Source: Lama glama (Eukaryota). Taken from it: a stretch of 64,000 nt of DNA. The position numbers were made by a program, and so were the translations under genes. Below, in pieces: positions 52,551 to 64,000 of this stretch. The stretch spans positions 58,840,001 to 58,904,000 of the forward strand of contig CM052816.1 in assembly GCA_028534125.1 (NCBI GenBank). Direction: 5' to 3'. Under the pieces are notes generated by a model. The model searched no databases. It saw only the letters and a program-made list of their open reading frames with translations, and was not told the DNA's origin. How positions within the stretch are numbered: position 1 is the first letter of the stretch; every line of letters begins with the position of its first letter.

Positions 52551-52744
52551 TAGGCAATTAATAAGTAGCAGCCATTACTATTCTCAAATTTTGACTGACT
52601 TCCCACCCAATAATATGCTAACTAAAAAGGAAACAAAACAGAATACCAAAAAAAAAAAATTGACAGTCCACACTCCAACAGAGAAATTACCTTTTCTTCA
52701 ATCCACATGTGACCATTTTCTTTAACCTAAGAGTAATAATAGTA

Positions 52745-53590
52745 TAAAGTCTTAAAATTATTCAAAACATAAAAGTAATAGCGCTAATTATGAAAATCTC
52801 CAACAGTATAGAAGGATATAGAACGGTCATTAATTTTACTTAGCCATCATGCTCTCCTTCTTCCTGGACATACCCCTGTTTTCATTAAATATGTAACCTT
52901 TCAGACTTTTGACTCCATGCACACTGTAGAGACACATGCACGTACACACACACACTCTAACTGGATTTAATGAGATCATACTTCATATATTTAACCTAGG
53001 ACTTGTATTTTCTTCCCAACAATATGTCCTGGGGACCTTCTCATGTTAGTGCACATAGATCTTCCTTATTCTTTTTAATGGGGATACATAATCTTGTTAG
53101 CATGTATATATCATAAGGTATTTAAATATTGATAACATTTAAGAGTTTTATTTTTGGGGGGAGGTAATTAAGTTTGTTTGTTTGTTTATTTATTTATTTC
53201 TACTGGAGGTACTGGGGATTGAACCCAGGACCTCGTGCACACTTCGCATGTGCTCTACCACTGAGCTATACTTTCCCTTCCTTGATGACATTTAGATTTC
53301 CCATTTTTTTCTTTCATGAACCATGTAGTGATGAACTAGATAAAATTTTGTGTTCTGTTTTTTCCACTGAACTCTATGTTGCTATATAGTCATAATTATT
53401 TTAAAATTGCATCATAATGATCTATTAAGTTGATATATCATCATTTATTTAATCATCTCCCTACTGCTGGTTGCAGAGGCAACAAATGTTTATATATATA
53501 TAAAATACAGATGTATACATATTTATAAGTCTGTCCCCCCTCCCCCATTTTGAATTACTTTCTTATTTTAGGAGTAGTAGTAGTGGATCA
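52745..53590 (-). mobile_element. Old L1ME-like fragment with nested SINE
   Basis: Decayed L1 3' motifs (CATAGATCTTCCTTATTCTTTTTAATGG; TGATGACATTTAG). Confidence 0.55.
53142..53281 (-). mobile_element. Camelid tRNA-derived SINE (vic-1-like), long form
   Basis: GGAGGTACTGGGGATTGAACCCAGGACCTCGTGCA..CTCTACCACTGAGCTATA; TSD TTGATAACATTTA / TTGATGACATTTA. Confidence 0.9.
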
Positions 53591-54084
53591 ACTCTACAGA
53601 GCTTGACTTCCTTTGTATTATGCTAAACAATCTACTAGACTGCCTCAGCATGAAAGAATGTTGTAGAAGTGCATCTGTTACACGGATCCTTATATTATGA
53701 TTTATAATAATAAACAAAGTAACTCTGCTATCAGGGGAAGTGCATCCTCAGATAGGTCCTAAAGTCACTGGCAGGAAGTGTCCTCTCTCCGAGGCGTATG
53801 CTGAATGATTATAAAACTGCATTCTCAGTACTAGGTGTGTGCTTTTGGCATTTACTATTCACGCGTGCATGTTCATGTGGATGGAAACCAAGAAGCAAAT
53901 AGGTAAAGACGGAGAGATTTCAAGTACTGGCATTTCTCAGGCAGAGTAAATTCGTACAATGAAAATTAGCAACTGTTTGTATAAAAACGAAGTGATTAAT
54001 ACAAACATTCAGAGAATAACTTTGTTGGTTATATGCATTCAGGAATAGTAATAGTACTATAGCTACAATCAATATTATTAATAT

Positions 54085-54340
54085 TACTACAGCTAAAATC
54101 TGAGTGTTTGCTGTGTGCCAGGCACTGTTCTAAGTGTTTTACTTAGCACTTAGTTAGCACATGTTTAATCTCCACAGCAATTCTTTGAAGTGAGTTCTTT
54201 GATGTTCCTATTTTATAGACAAGGAAAGTGAAGCACAGGGAAATAAGGTAACTTGGTCAGACTCTCCAGCTGGTATGTAGTAGAGCTGGGATATGCCAGA
54301 CCTGCTCTGACTTCTTCACCACAATGCTCTACTACTGCTT
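54085..54340 (-). mobile_element. MIR SINE
   Basis: TGTGCCAGGCACTGTTCTAAGTG..ATTTTATAGACAAGGAAAGTGAAGCACAG. Confidence 0.8.
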
Positions 54341-55000
54341 AGTAAAGGATCATCTAATATCTACTTCCATGTTTGATTTTCAGCCAAGTAGCCATAATTC
54401 CAGGGAACAAATACTGGATAAGATTAAATTAAAGCTAGTTCTGTAGCTGAGATTCTGCACAAAGGAAAAGAGTCACTAGTTGAACTGCTTTGTACACAAT
54501 TTGTATGGGATTCCGAGGCTGTCAACTTTGAGGAGTGGTGGTCATAAGAGGAAAATTTATGGGTTTTAAACTTACTTATTTTGAATTCCAAGGGAAGCCA
54601 TAAAATTATTGATGTGGTTGCATGTTCCTCAGAACAGATGAGTTAGATAATGAGAGATTTCTGATAAAAAGACTTGAAAGCTAAAAATACCAATTCTGCA
54701 TTTCACCTACCTCATGTGGGAGGGAGATTTCTGAAAGAGCAATATCTTTCTTCACTACTTCATTCCAGATGGCTGCCCTATATGGAAATGAGCAGGTAAT
54801 GGTGGCTCGTTACGGCAGTGGTGGGGGTGACCACTGTGGAGAGTAAGTGAAGGTTGAAAAATGGGGATCATGCCTATTAAAAAATGATGTTAATACTCAG
54901 TGGTTCTGTAGTCATAGAGTATTTTCTAGGAGTAGTTTGAATTTCAAAAAGGGCAAGGCATTGCTGTACTTCTGAGATTCCAAAGATCAAGAAATTAATT

Positions 55001-55575
55001 ATGCACCCCAATGTTCATAGCAGTGCTATTTACAATAGCCAAGACACAGAAACAACCCAAATGTCCACTGAAAGGTGAATGGATAAAAAAGTTGTGGTGT
55101 ATATATACAATGGAATACTACTCAGCCATAAAAAGAAGAAAATAATGGCATTTGCTGCAACATGGATGGACCTGGAGATCATCATTCTAAGTGAAGTAAG
55201 CCAGAAAGAGAAAGAAAAATACCATATGGTATTCCACATATTATATGTGGAATCTAAAAAAGTGACACAAATGAACTTATTTACAAAACAGAAACAGACT
55301 CACATACAGAGAGAACAAAACCGGGGAGTAAAAGGGGTGGGAAGGGATAAATTGGGAGCTTGGGATTTGCAGATACTAACTACTGTATGTAAAATAGACA
55401 AACAAGTTTATACCATATTGCACAGGGAAGTATATTCAATATCTTCCTGTAGTGAAAGAGAATATGAAAAAGAATATATGTATGTGTATGACTGAAACAT
55501 TATGCTCTAAACCAGAAATTGACACAACATTGTAAACTGAATATACTTCAATAAAAAATAAAAACAAAACAAAAA
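55001..55575 (+). mobile_element. 5'-truncated young L1 (ORF2 C-terminus, 3'UTR)
   Basis: Encodes FAATWMDLEIIILSEVSQKEK; AATAAA and A tail; TSD CAAGAAATTAATT (54988-55000) / CAGGAAATTAATT (55576-55588). Confidence 0.95.
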
Positions 55576-56499
55576 CAGGAAATTAATTTTAAGAAGTCTC
55601 AGCCCTATAGCCACTGAGTCAGAGGTATTTGTGCTCTCACCCCATGCAGGCTCAAGAGGTCATCCAGAACCATGGGAATTCATCTTATTAGAACCTTTTC
55701 TCCACTTGCAGTTTCTAGGTGCTCAAAGAAAATTTATTTCTGACAAATGAGTGATAATATCTGAAGTCATTAGCAATGATGGCCTAGCACCCTGAAACAC
55801 TTCTTGGAAGATAGAAATTTGAACAGATGCTCTCCTTTCTGTTGTTAGGGATTGAATTGGGCTGGTGGGCTGCCAGCTCGTATATCCTTTGCTTCTCTTC
55901 CTATAATTTTAACAACACTCTAATTTCAAAGTCCCTAAACTGTAACTGGGTTCCCCCAGGGAGTTTGCTACAAGAGAAAATCCATATACCTTTTGGTTAT
56001 ATGTGGTTCCACTATCATCACTACAATCACCACCACCAGATGTATTTGCCATAGGCTGTGTCCCCTGCTAAATGCCTTCTGAGGGTCATCTGAAATCTCC
56101 CTGTGCTCATGAATGAGGGAGCAGCCAAACCACAGCGCTTGTAGGGAGCGTGTTCTGTTCCTTGTGTTGGCGCTCATTGACTGGAGGGGAGATGGCTCAG
56201 TGAGCTGTTAGGAAGAACAACTTTTGCTCTTGAAGGTTTCCTTCTCTTCCAAGGTGTACCTTTTTGATGTTTCCTAGAATTTTTATTAAAAATTCCAGCT
56301 GTTCACTAGACATTCAAACTAATTTTTTTTCAAAGAACAGAGTTTCAAACATCATGATTCCCACAAACATAGTTCTTGGAAGGGCTTACAGTTCTCTCTG
56401 AGCATCCTGGATATTAACAGAAGGGATCTGGATATTCTCTGCTGATATGCTTGGAGACCACAGCTTTTCACAAGAGGCAACTGTTCCTGAGTTAAGAAT

Positions 56500-57463
<964 letters not shown>

Positions 57464-57517
57464 TGAGTCAACAATATTGATCAATGGTTGTCTCTTCTAA
57501 GATGGGATAATCTATCT

Positions 57518-58350
57518 CAGTACTTTCTTACGTGTGTGCTGTAAAAACTAGTTCTGTGAGATACATAACAAAAAAGGGGCTCCATGGTCAAATACATGTT
57601 GCAGATAAGACAGCACTGTGCAAACTTGGTTGCACAGGGACGCATTGCATTTTCTTATTTTCTGTGAATCAATTTGACTTTAACTCTTATCTTCCATTCC
57701 TCTAGTTTGATGGGAAGGTGTAACTTGGACATACTTGGAGTTCCTTCCTTTTCTCTCTTCTAGGAGTTGTATTGGATTCTGTGGTCTTACAGAGTGCCAT
57801 CTTTGAGGTGATGTCTATCCACACTGCTTTCTGGGAAGGTGCCCACTATTTCAACCTGCACAGTCCCTTCAGTTGGGTCCCTGCTGTTGCTGTACTGTGC
57901 TTGAGGCACAGGATCTTTAGGGAGGTGAGAAACTCAAATACCTGACACTGGGAGCTGGGCAGGAAGAGGGAGCATGCATGCCTGCTCTTGGGCTCCCCAG
58001 ACCTCTCCTTCCTCTAATCCTGTTTGATTTGGAAATAAAAATCAAGAAACCCTGCCATGCCTCTCTCCCTAGTTAGGAAAGAATAGAACCTGCTTTTCCC
58101 TTTAATGTGGAAGGGAAAAAAGAAAGGACAGGGAGAAAATATGAACTTGCATTCCACAAAGCTATCTTATCATGTAGGTTTGGGAAACTTTGAATATCCT
58201 GTTCTTTCATGGCTTTCCACAGTGTATATGAACATATAAAAGGCTCTGAGAAGCCCTGTAATAGGAAAATGGGTTCACGTTTATTTAAAACTGAGGCTAT
58301 AAGATTTATTTGATCACCAACGCTATGAATATCCCACAAAGCTAGTGTTC
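57518..58350. mobile_element. MER113-like hAT-Charlie fossil, in two pieces
   Basis: ACTAGTTCTGTGAGAT..GGGCTCCATGGTCAAATA (to 57594), resuming GTTTGGGAAAC..AAAGGCTCTGAGAAGCCCTG (from ~58176). Confidence 0.55.
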
Positions 58351-60559
58351 TGGCAATGCTCTTGAGGAAATCTTTAGTCACTCTGTGGGAACTCGTTACT
58401 GGCCATGCTTGGGAGACCATAGGAACAGGTTCTGGAGTCTTCTCACAGAGGGCCAACACTTATTACTGTCCCATGGAACTTAACTATTCTGTGTTCACTC
58501 CCCATTGCCTTTCCAGTGTTCTAGAACTGTGCCTTCCAACACTCTTAGAATGGTTATCCTTTCCTGAAAGTGTCCCACAGACTTCCAGTTCACGGTAGAA
58601 CTTCCACTGGGCATCAAGAACGCAGGCAAATTAGTTGGCATTATCAACGCAGTGAACCCAGAGACACTAGGCACTTGAAGTTTATTCCTAGACCATACAC
58701 CTTGTCCATCCACGTGGATGATTTCCGCATAGAGACTAAGTCTTGGGTAATAACCAAGATCAGCAGATGAGCCCTAGGATAGGCCTGAAAGACCTACACT
58801 AGCCTCAGTTCTGCTGGAACCCAAGGCCTGCAGAGGCCCTAGGTTTGGCAAACAGGATCTCATAGGACTTTTTGTTATACAGTGAGCTGAGAAGGGACCC
58901 AAGCCTGGGCCGCAAGATTAAGACAGAAGCTGTGATGTATGACTGCCTGTGTGTTCCAGGATATTCTTTTAAAGGGGCTTATGTGTTTCAGTTCCTCTTC
59001 TATCTTTTGGGTCCCCTGCTTCTTTGCTGCTAAGGTACTCAGTGACCCATTGCCCGGTCCTGGGTCCTCTTGCCTTCTTCCTTTGCTCAGAATGATCTCT
59101 CACTTATGATTCCCACCCTGTCAGCATTCCCACTGCTGCTGTACCCTCAGCGGGATAAGGGAAACCAAGCTGTGTAAACACAACCATGCGAAGATGGCAG
59201 ATGCCAAGGACTCCAGGCCCCCCTTGCACTCCCAGCGTGCCAGTCCGTGTGCCTCTCTAATTAAGAGAATTTCAGGGGAGAAACCTTAGGCAGGAGGCTT
59301 TTTTTGGAATCATATCCCTTGATGTTTTCCCTCAGTGTGGGTCTGGCCCTATGAAGGGAGTGGTAAAGGAAAGTTGAAGCCACAGCCCTTAGCAAACCCA
59401 CTCTGGGCCCCTTCAGTGCCGGAGGGATGAGCTAGACCTGCTTCCTTCCTCTTTCACAAGCTTCTGGGCCGAAGCCTGAGGTCTGAGCTAATTTTGTGGA
59501 CTTTTCTTTCCCTGCTCTGTAAATGGAAGAAAACCCCACTCCCTGAAGGAAACCAAGTACAACTGTAAACCTCTGCAGTGTCAGAGTTGGAATCCCTGAT
59601 GGGGGTAGGGTGGGTTTGGGGCTCCTGTGAAACACAAGACAGTGGGCGGCCCCAAGAGGGCAAGAAAAGGCTTGGGTTCCTCTTTGTTAGCTGATTAAGA
59701 GGTTTTCAGTTGGGCCAACTAACAACTTATTACTTTGCTTAGCTGACCCTAGAAATCTTGGCTTAACTGCAGAGTTGTATCAATTACAATAATTTACATG
59801 AATTATTTACCAATTATCCTTAATTACCAGGCTGCATGATAATGATTATGCATATCATCAAATGTCGGCCAGATCAACTTGGTTGTAAGATTTATTTGAT
59901 TGCAAAACTAATAATTGTGCACATCTGCTTTGTCTTTGTGAGTTGCTCATGTGGTAGGGACATTTCCTCACACCTTGAGAACAATGGAGGTAACACTGGA
60001 AGACACTTGATGGCTTGAAGGAAGAGAGAAAGTAGGCCATGATGATGATTAGTATCTGCTCCCAAACCCGATACATCTAGATGATTAGTTTTAAAGATAA
60101 AGGAAGGCCAATGGTACTACATTAGAATATAAGTTTCTATCCTCAAGGGTGGGAAATTATGTTTTATTCCTGTTTCTACCTTAGCCTCGAACATTGTTGA
60201 ACTGAACTGAATTTGAAATGGCACTACACTCTGTTTCATGGCCCAAAATATCAATGATCATTATCACAAAATGATAAGCTGAGACTGTTCCTTCCACTCT
60301 CCCAAAAGTTTATGAGATCACACACAGCGGATTTTATGGAGGGATTACAAAATATTACCCACAGAATGAAATGCAGTAATGGTGTGGCTTGAATTCATGA
60401 CACCTGTGGCCCTTATCACTCTACAGAGTTAATGCCACTTTTCCCGAGAAGGGGAGCTGTGCCCGTCCACTGCTTAAATACACACAGCAATGAGTTAGAT
60501 CAGTGCTAATGCAAAATAACCAAATAACGCGTGTTTGCTAAGGTGTCAGGAAGATCATT

Positions 60560-60740
60560 ATTAGGAGAATAGCATTTTCCCCTGCTGTAAATTCAAACAG
60601 TACAATTCAAACTGTACAGTAGTGAAAGGTGACCTTTCCTCCCCCACCAGGTTCCCAGTTCCACTCTCCAAAGGCAAATGCTGTCAATAGTTTCTGTTGA
60701 TTCTGCCTAGAAGTTTTCTATGCATATATTTGTATACAGA
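60560..60740 (-). mobile_element. Old L1ME-like 3' fragment
   Basis: CCACTCTCCAAAGGCAAATGCTGTCAATAGTTTCT motif. Confidence 0.5.
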
Positions 60741-61541
60741 TAGATAGTTGTATTTGAAAATTAGGTAATCAGTAATTAGGTAATTTTTAAGACATACCAA
60801 AAAGTATGTCATTTATGAAGAATAATGCCACAAATGTGTGTTCCCAGCAAGAGGTGGGGCTGGGATCTAAACTAGGACTTCTGTGTAAGCCTGTGCACTT
60901 CCTGTTGCTTCATGTTCTGTCTCCTCTTTACCTGAAGACATCCAGCCTCCTTGCATGTGTGTGTTTCTTGCGGTGGCAGAAATTTGAGCCTCAGTGAAAA
61001 TATGAGATTATGTGTAGCTTGGGCTGTACTTTGGGACTGCAGTGGAGAACCTACTGCTTTGGCTTCCTTTGGTCTTTGCTATATTGGAGTGTTTCTTCTA
61101 CTCTCCCTCCTTTTCCTCCTCATCCTAAACCTTAGCAGCATATTTTTTTGGAGACTCAAATAATACATGTCCCTCATTCGGATCTTCCCACCCCATTCTC
61201 ATTTTGCTCAGCAGACTAACTACCGCCAACTTTTGGGTGGGCATCCCTCCAGTTTCTTGTGGGGCCGTTGTCTGAGACTGTGTCATACCCTCTTTTTCAC
61301 CTGACTTTCACCTACTAGTTTTAGTTTCCACCGATGATTACCGCCTAAAACAGTTATTACTGTTGTGGTTGCCAACTAGTGATGCATACTCTAATGTAAA
61401 CCTCAAAATGACCTCAAGAAATATATCATATTATTATCATTGTGAGTTTAGGCAAAGCAGCAAGGGAATTAGTGAATATGAGGGGCTAGCTGTTATCATC
61501 TAACCTCTAAGTCCTGACTCAACATACAGAAGAATCCCAAC

Positions 61542-62408
61542 CAAAACCCCCAACCTCCAACCTATTAGAATTGGATTAATCCACAACTGCAGTGGGTTAA
61601 CACTGGAAGTTTTTGAATGAAAAGTCGTAGAAGGGGGACTAAAACGTCTTAATCCTTCTCCAAGTCCATGACTGTATGAGGACTTAAATACATGTGAATC
61701 TTACTCTGTACCTTTAAAAAAATGCAGGGGAATTCAGAAGAAAACTGCCCCAACAACTTGTACTTCATCTGAGAGAATTTATTTGCTGAAGTTGTTAAAA
61801 AAAACAACTTATCTTGAGAGGAGTTCTGCAGCATGAAGGCCTGTAGGCAGCTTCTGGACCCAAAATCCAAACCAAAGAAAGCATACATTGATGTTTTATT
61901 CTAATAGAACCTGCAGGGGTCAACTNNNNNNNNNNNNNNNNNNNNNNNNNNNNNNNNNNNNNNNNNNNNNNNNNNNNNNNNNNNNNNNNNNNNNNNNNNN
62001 NNNNNNNNNNNNNNNNNNNNNNNNNCAAAACCCCCAACCTCCAACCTATTAGAATTGGATTAATCCACAACTGCAGTGGGTTAACACTGGAAGTTTTTGA
62101 ATGAAAAGTCGTAGAAGGGGGACTAAAATGTCTTAATCCTTCTCCAAGTCCATGACTGTATGAGGACTTAAATACATGTGAATCTTACTCTGTACCTTTA
62201 AAAAAATGCAGGGGAATTCAGAAGAAAACTGCCCCAACAACTTGTACTTCATCTGAGAGAATTTATTTGCTGAAGTTGTTAAAAAAAAAACTTATCTTGA
62301 GAGGAGTTCTGCAGCATAAAGGCCTGTAGGCAGCTTCTGGACCCAAAATCCAAACCAAAGAAAGCATACATTGATGTTTTATTCTAATAGAACCTGCAGG
62401 GGTCAACT
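61542..62408. repeat. Near-identical direct repeat (384/383 bp) flanking a 100-N gap; probable assembly duplication
   Basis: 61542-61925 matches 62026-62408 with 3 differences; N run at 61926-62025. Confidence 0.95.
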
Positions 62409-64000
62409 TCTCTCGAAAAGGAAGGTTAAAATTTCACCGCGTATCAAGAGACGTGTTCGTGCTTCTAATCCTCATGTTTAAAAACATGTATATTGGCGGA
62501 AAGAATGCCTCACGTCCTTATCAAGTAGGGCATAACAAAATTGGAAATTGGTTCGTGATTTATTGCACCTCCGGCGACACACTGAAGTGTGTAGTAAAAT
62601 TAACTTTGGGATATACAGTAGCTGCTTGCATAGCATGACTAAAGAAAGACCCTGTGAGGAGGAGAGGTCGCAGATGAATGAGGCCAGAAATGGAAAACTT
62701 CCACCGGTGCAGGCAGCACAAATGCGTGTTGTTAGCGTTTGCATTCCATCTTTGTGGCTAGTGGGAACACAGACTCAGCAGGCCCTGGAGGTCCCTCTCT
62801 CTTCCTTCCTCCAGCCACCTGGACCCGTGAAAGTCCATCTGATACAAGGGTCTCTTTGTTCGTTGTCAAGTCAGGGCGGCTACCGGTCGGCCAGCAAAGA
62901 AAGTCAAGCAGAAGTCCAGGCTGCAGTTACACAAGAGCATATTGTTGCTGCCCCGGGCTTGGGAGGCATTTTTTGGCAAGCAGGACACTTTGAACACCCA
63001 CAGGAGCCCGGGGCTGTGGACAGAGCCATGGATGGGGAAAATATTTGATAGCAGAGCCCTTTCTGGAAATTCCCACGTGGTGAACAAGGATGGGCAGTGT
63101 AATTTTGGTTTCATATTAAAATTCCTTGAAGCAGGCCCTAGGACTGCGTCGGTTTCTCAGATCTTTCCCTTAATGAAATTGCCAAATGCAACACTTTAGC
63201 ATTAGGATTCCATTGCAGAAATATAAACCAAAAAAGGGGCTAATTTACATTTGTGCCCATGCCATTAATGTAAATTGGTTATTAGCTATTTATGCTAAAG
63301 AGCAGCAGTATAAAACATAAAGGTAGTTTTATGAACTCGATTTTGCCCTCTGAAATCTGCTGTGCATGGAGTTTACATTCAGTGAATTTGTTTCTCCTGC
63401 TCCATGCAGTATGGCATTTACTCTGCCTAATTAACATATTTATTAACAAATTACTGCCCCCCTTTTGCAATTTGCATTTTATAACATCACCACAACGAAG
63501 TTAATAAGCCCGGCCCATGCCCTGCTTTTGTGATTTTACTAGAAAATCGCATTAACCTCTCTGTCTCCTCTTGTCTTCATTTCTTTTTAGGCAGGGGTAA
63601 TTAAAGAAAAATGGCATTTACAAACAGTGATAATGCAGGAATCATGAGGATGTAAATGAGTTTCCATTGTCACATCTTTTTTTTTTAAGACAATGGGCAG
63701 GTGTGAGCATGGAAGCGGATTGGGGAGGCGCATCTCAGCCTTGTGCTTAAAGCTGTCTCTTGCTCACCACTCTGGGAAACATTCTGCCTCCAGGGAAAGA
63801 AATACCCACTTCTCATTCTGTTAGGTAGTTAGATAAGTGGAGGCACTGGGCACTTAAGGTGGAGAACAGGGAGGGTGGTCCAGAAGATGTCAGTATGCCT
63901 GCCTTCAGCATAAAGGGACTTTACTTCCTCTGATGAGTGCCAGCAAGAAACTGGTTGGAACTGGAGAGCTGTAACTGTGTGGTAGTGACAAGGACCTAAC

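Noticed and set aside
62548..63048. 166-aa ORF
   Set aside because: Non-ATG start and no recognisable homology; explained by locally higher GC

Overview
This is mammalian, non-coding, repeat-rich genomic DNA, most likely a large intron or gene desert. Six copies of a tRNA-derived SINE resembling camelid vic-1, plus young L1 3' ends of matching style, point to a camelid (alpaca, llama or camel). I find no protein-coding gene I can support. The only ORFs with recognisable protein similarity are L1 ORF2p C-terminal remnants. The window holds MIR and L2 fossils, old and young L1 fragments, solo LTRs (MaLR, ERVL, one ERV1-like), DNA-transposon fossils (MER5, MER44, MER45A, MER113-like), microsatellites and three N gaps. 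I did not find a new biological system. The best leads are: a tailless tRNA-Gly(TCC) 5'-half retrocopy; a candidate 6-nt microexon in a repeat-free block near 63.6 kb; a candidate 38-nt exon at 22.56 kb; a perfect 30-bp duplication between two kB-type motifs; several candidate enhancers; nested insertions; and a probable false duplication across the last gap. Repeat family names come from my recall of consensus sequences, not from a search. Boundaries of old repeats are approximate.
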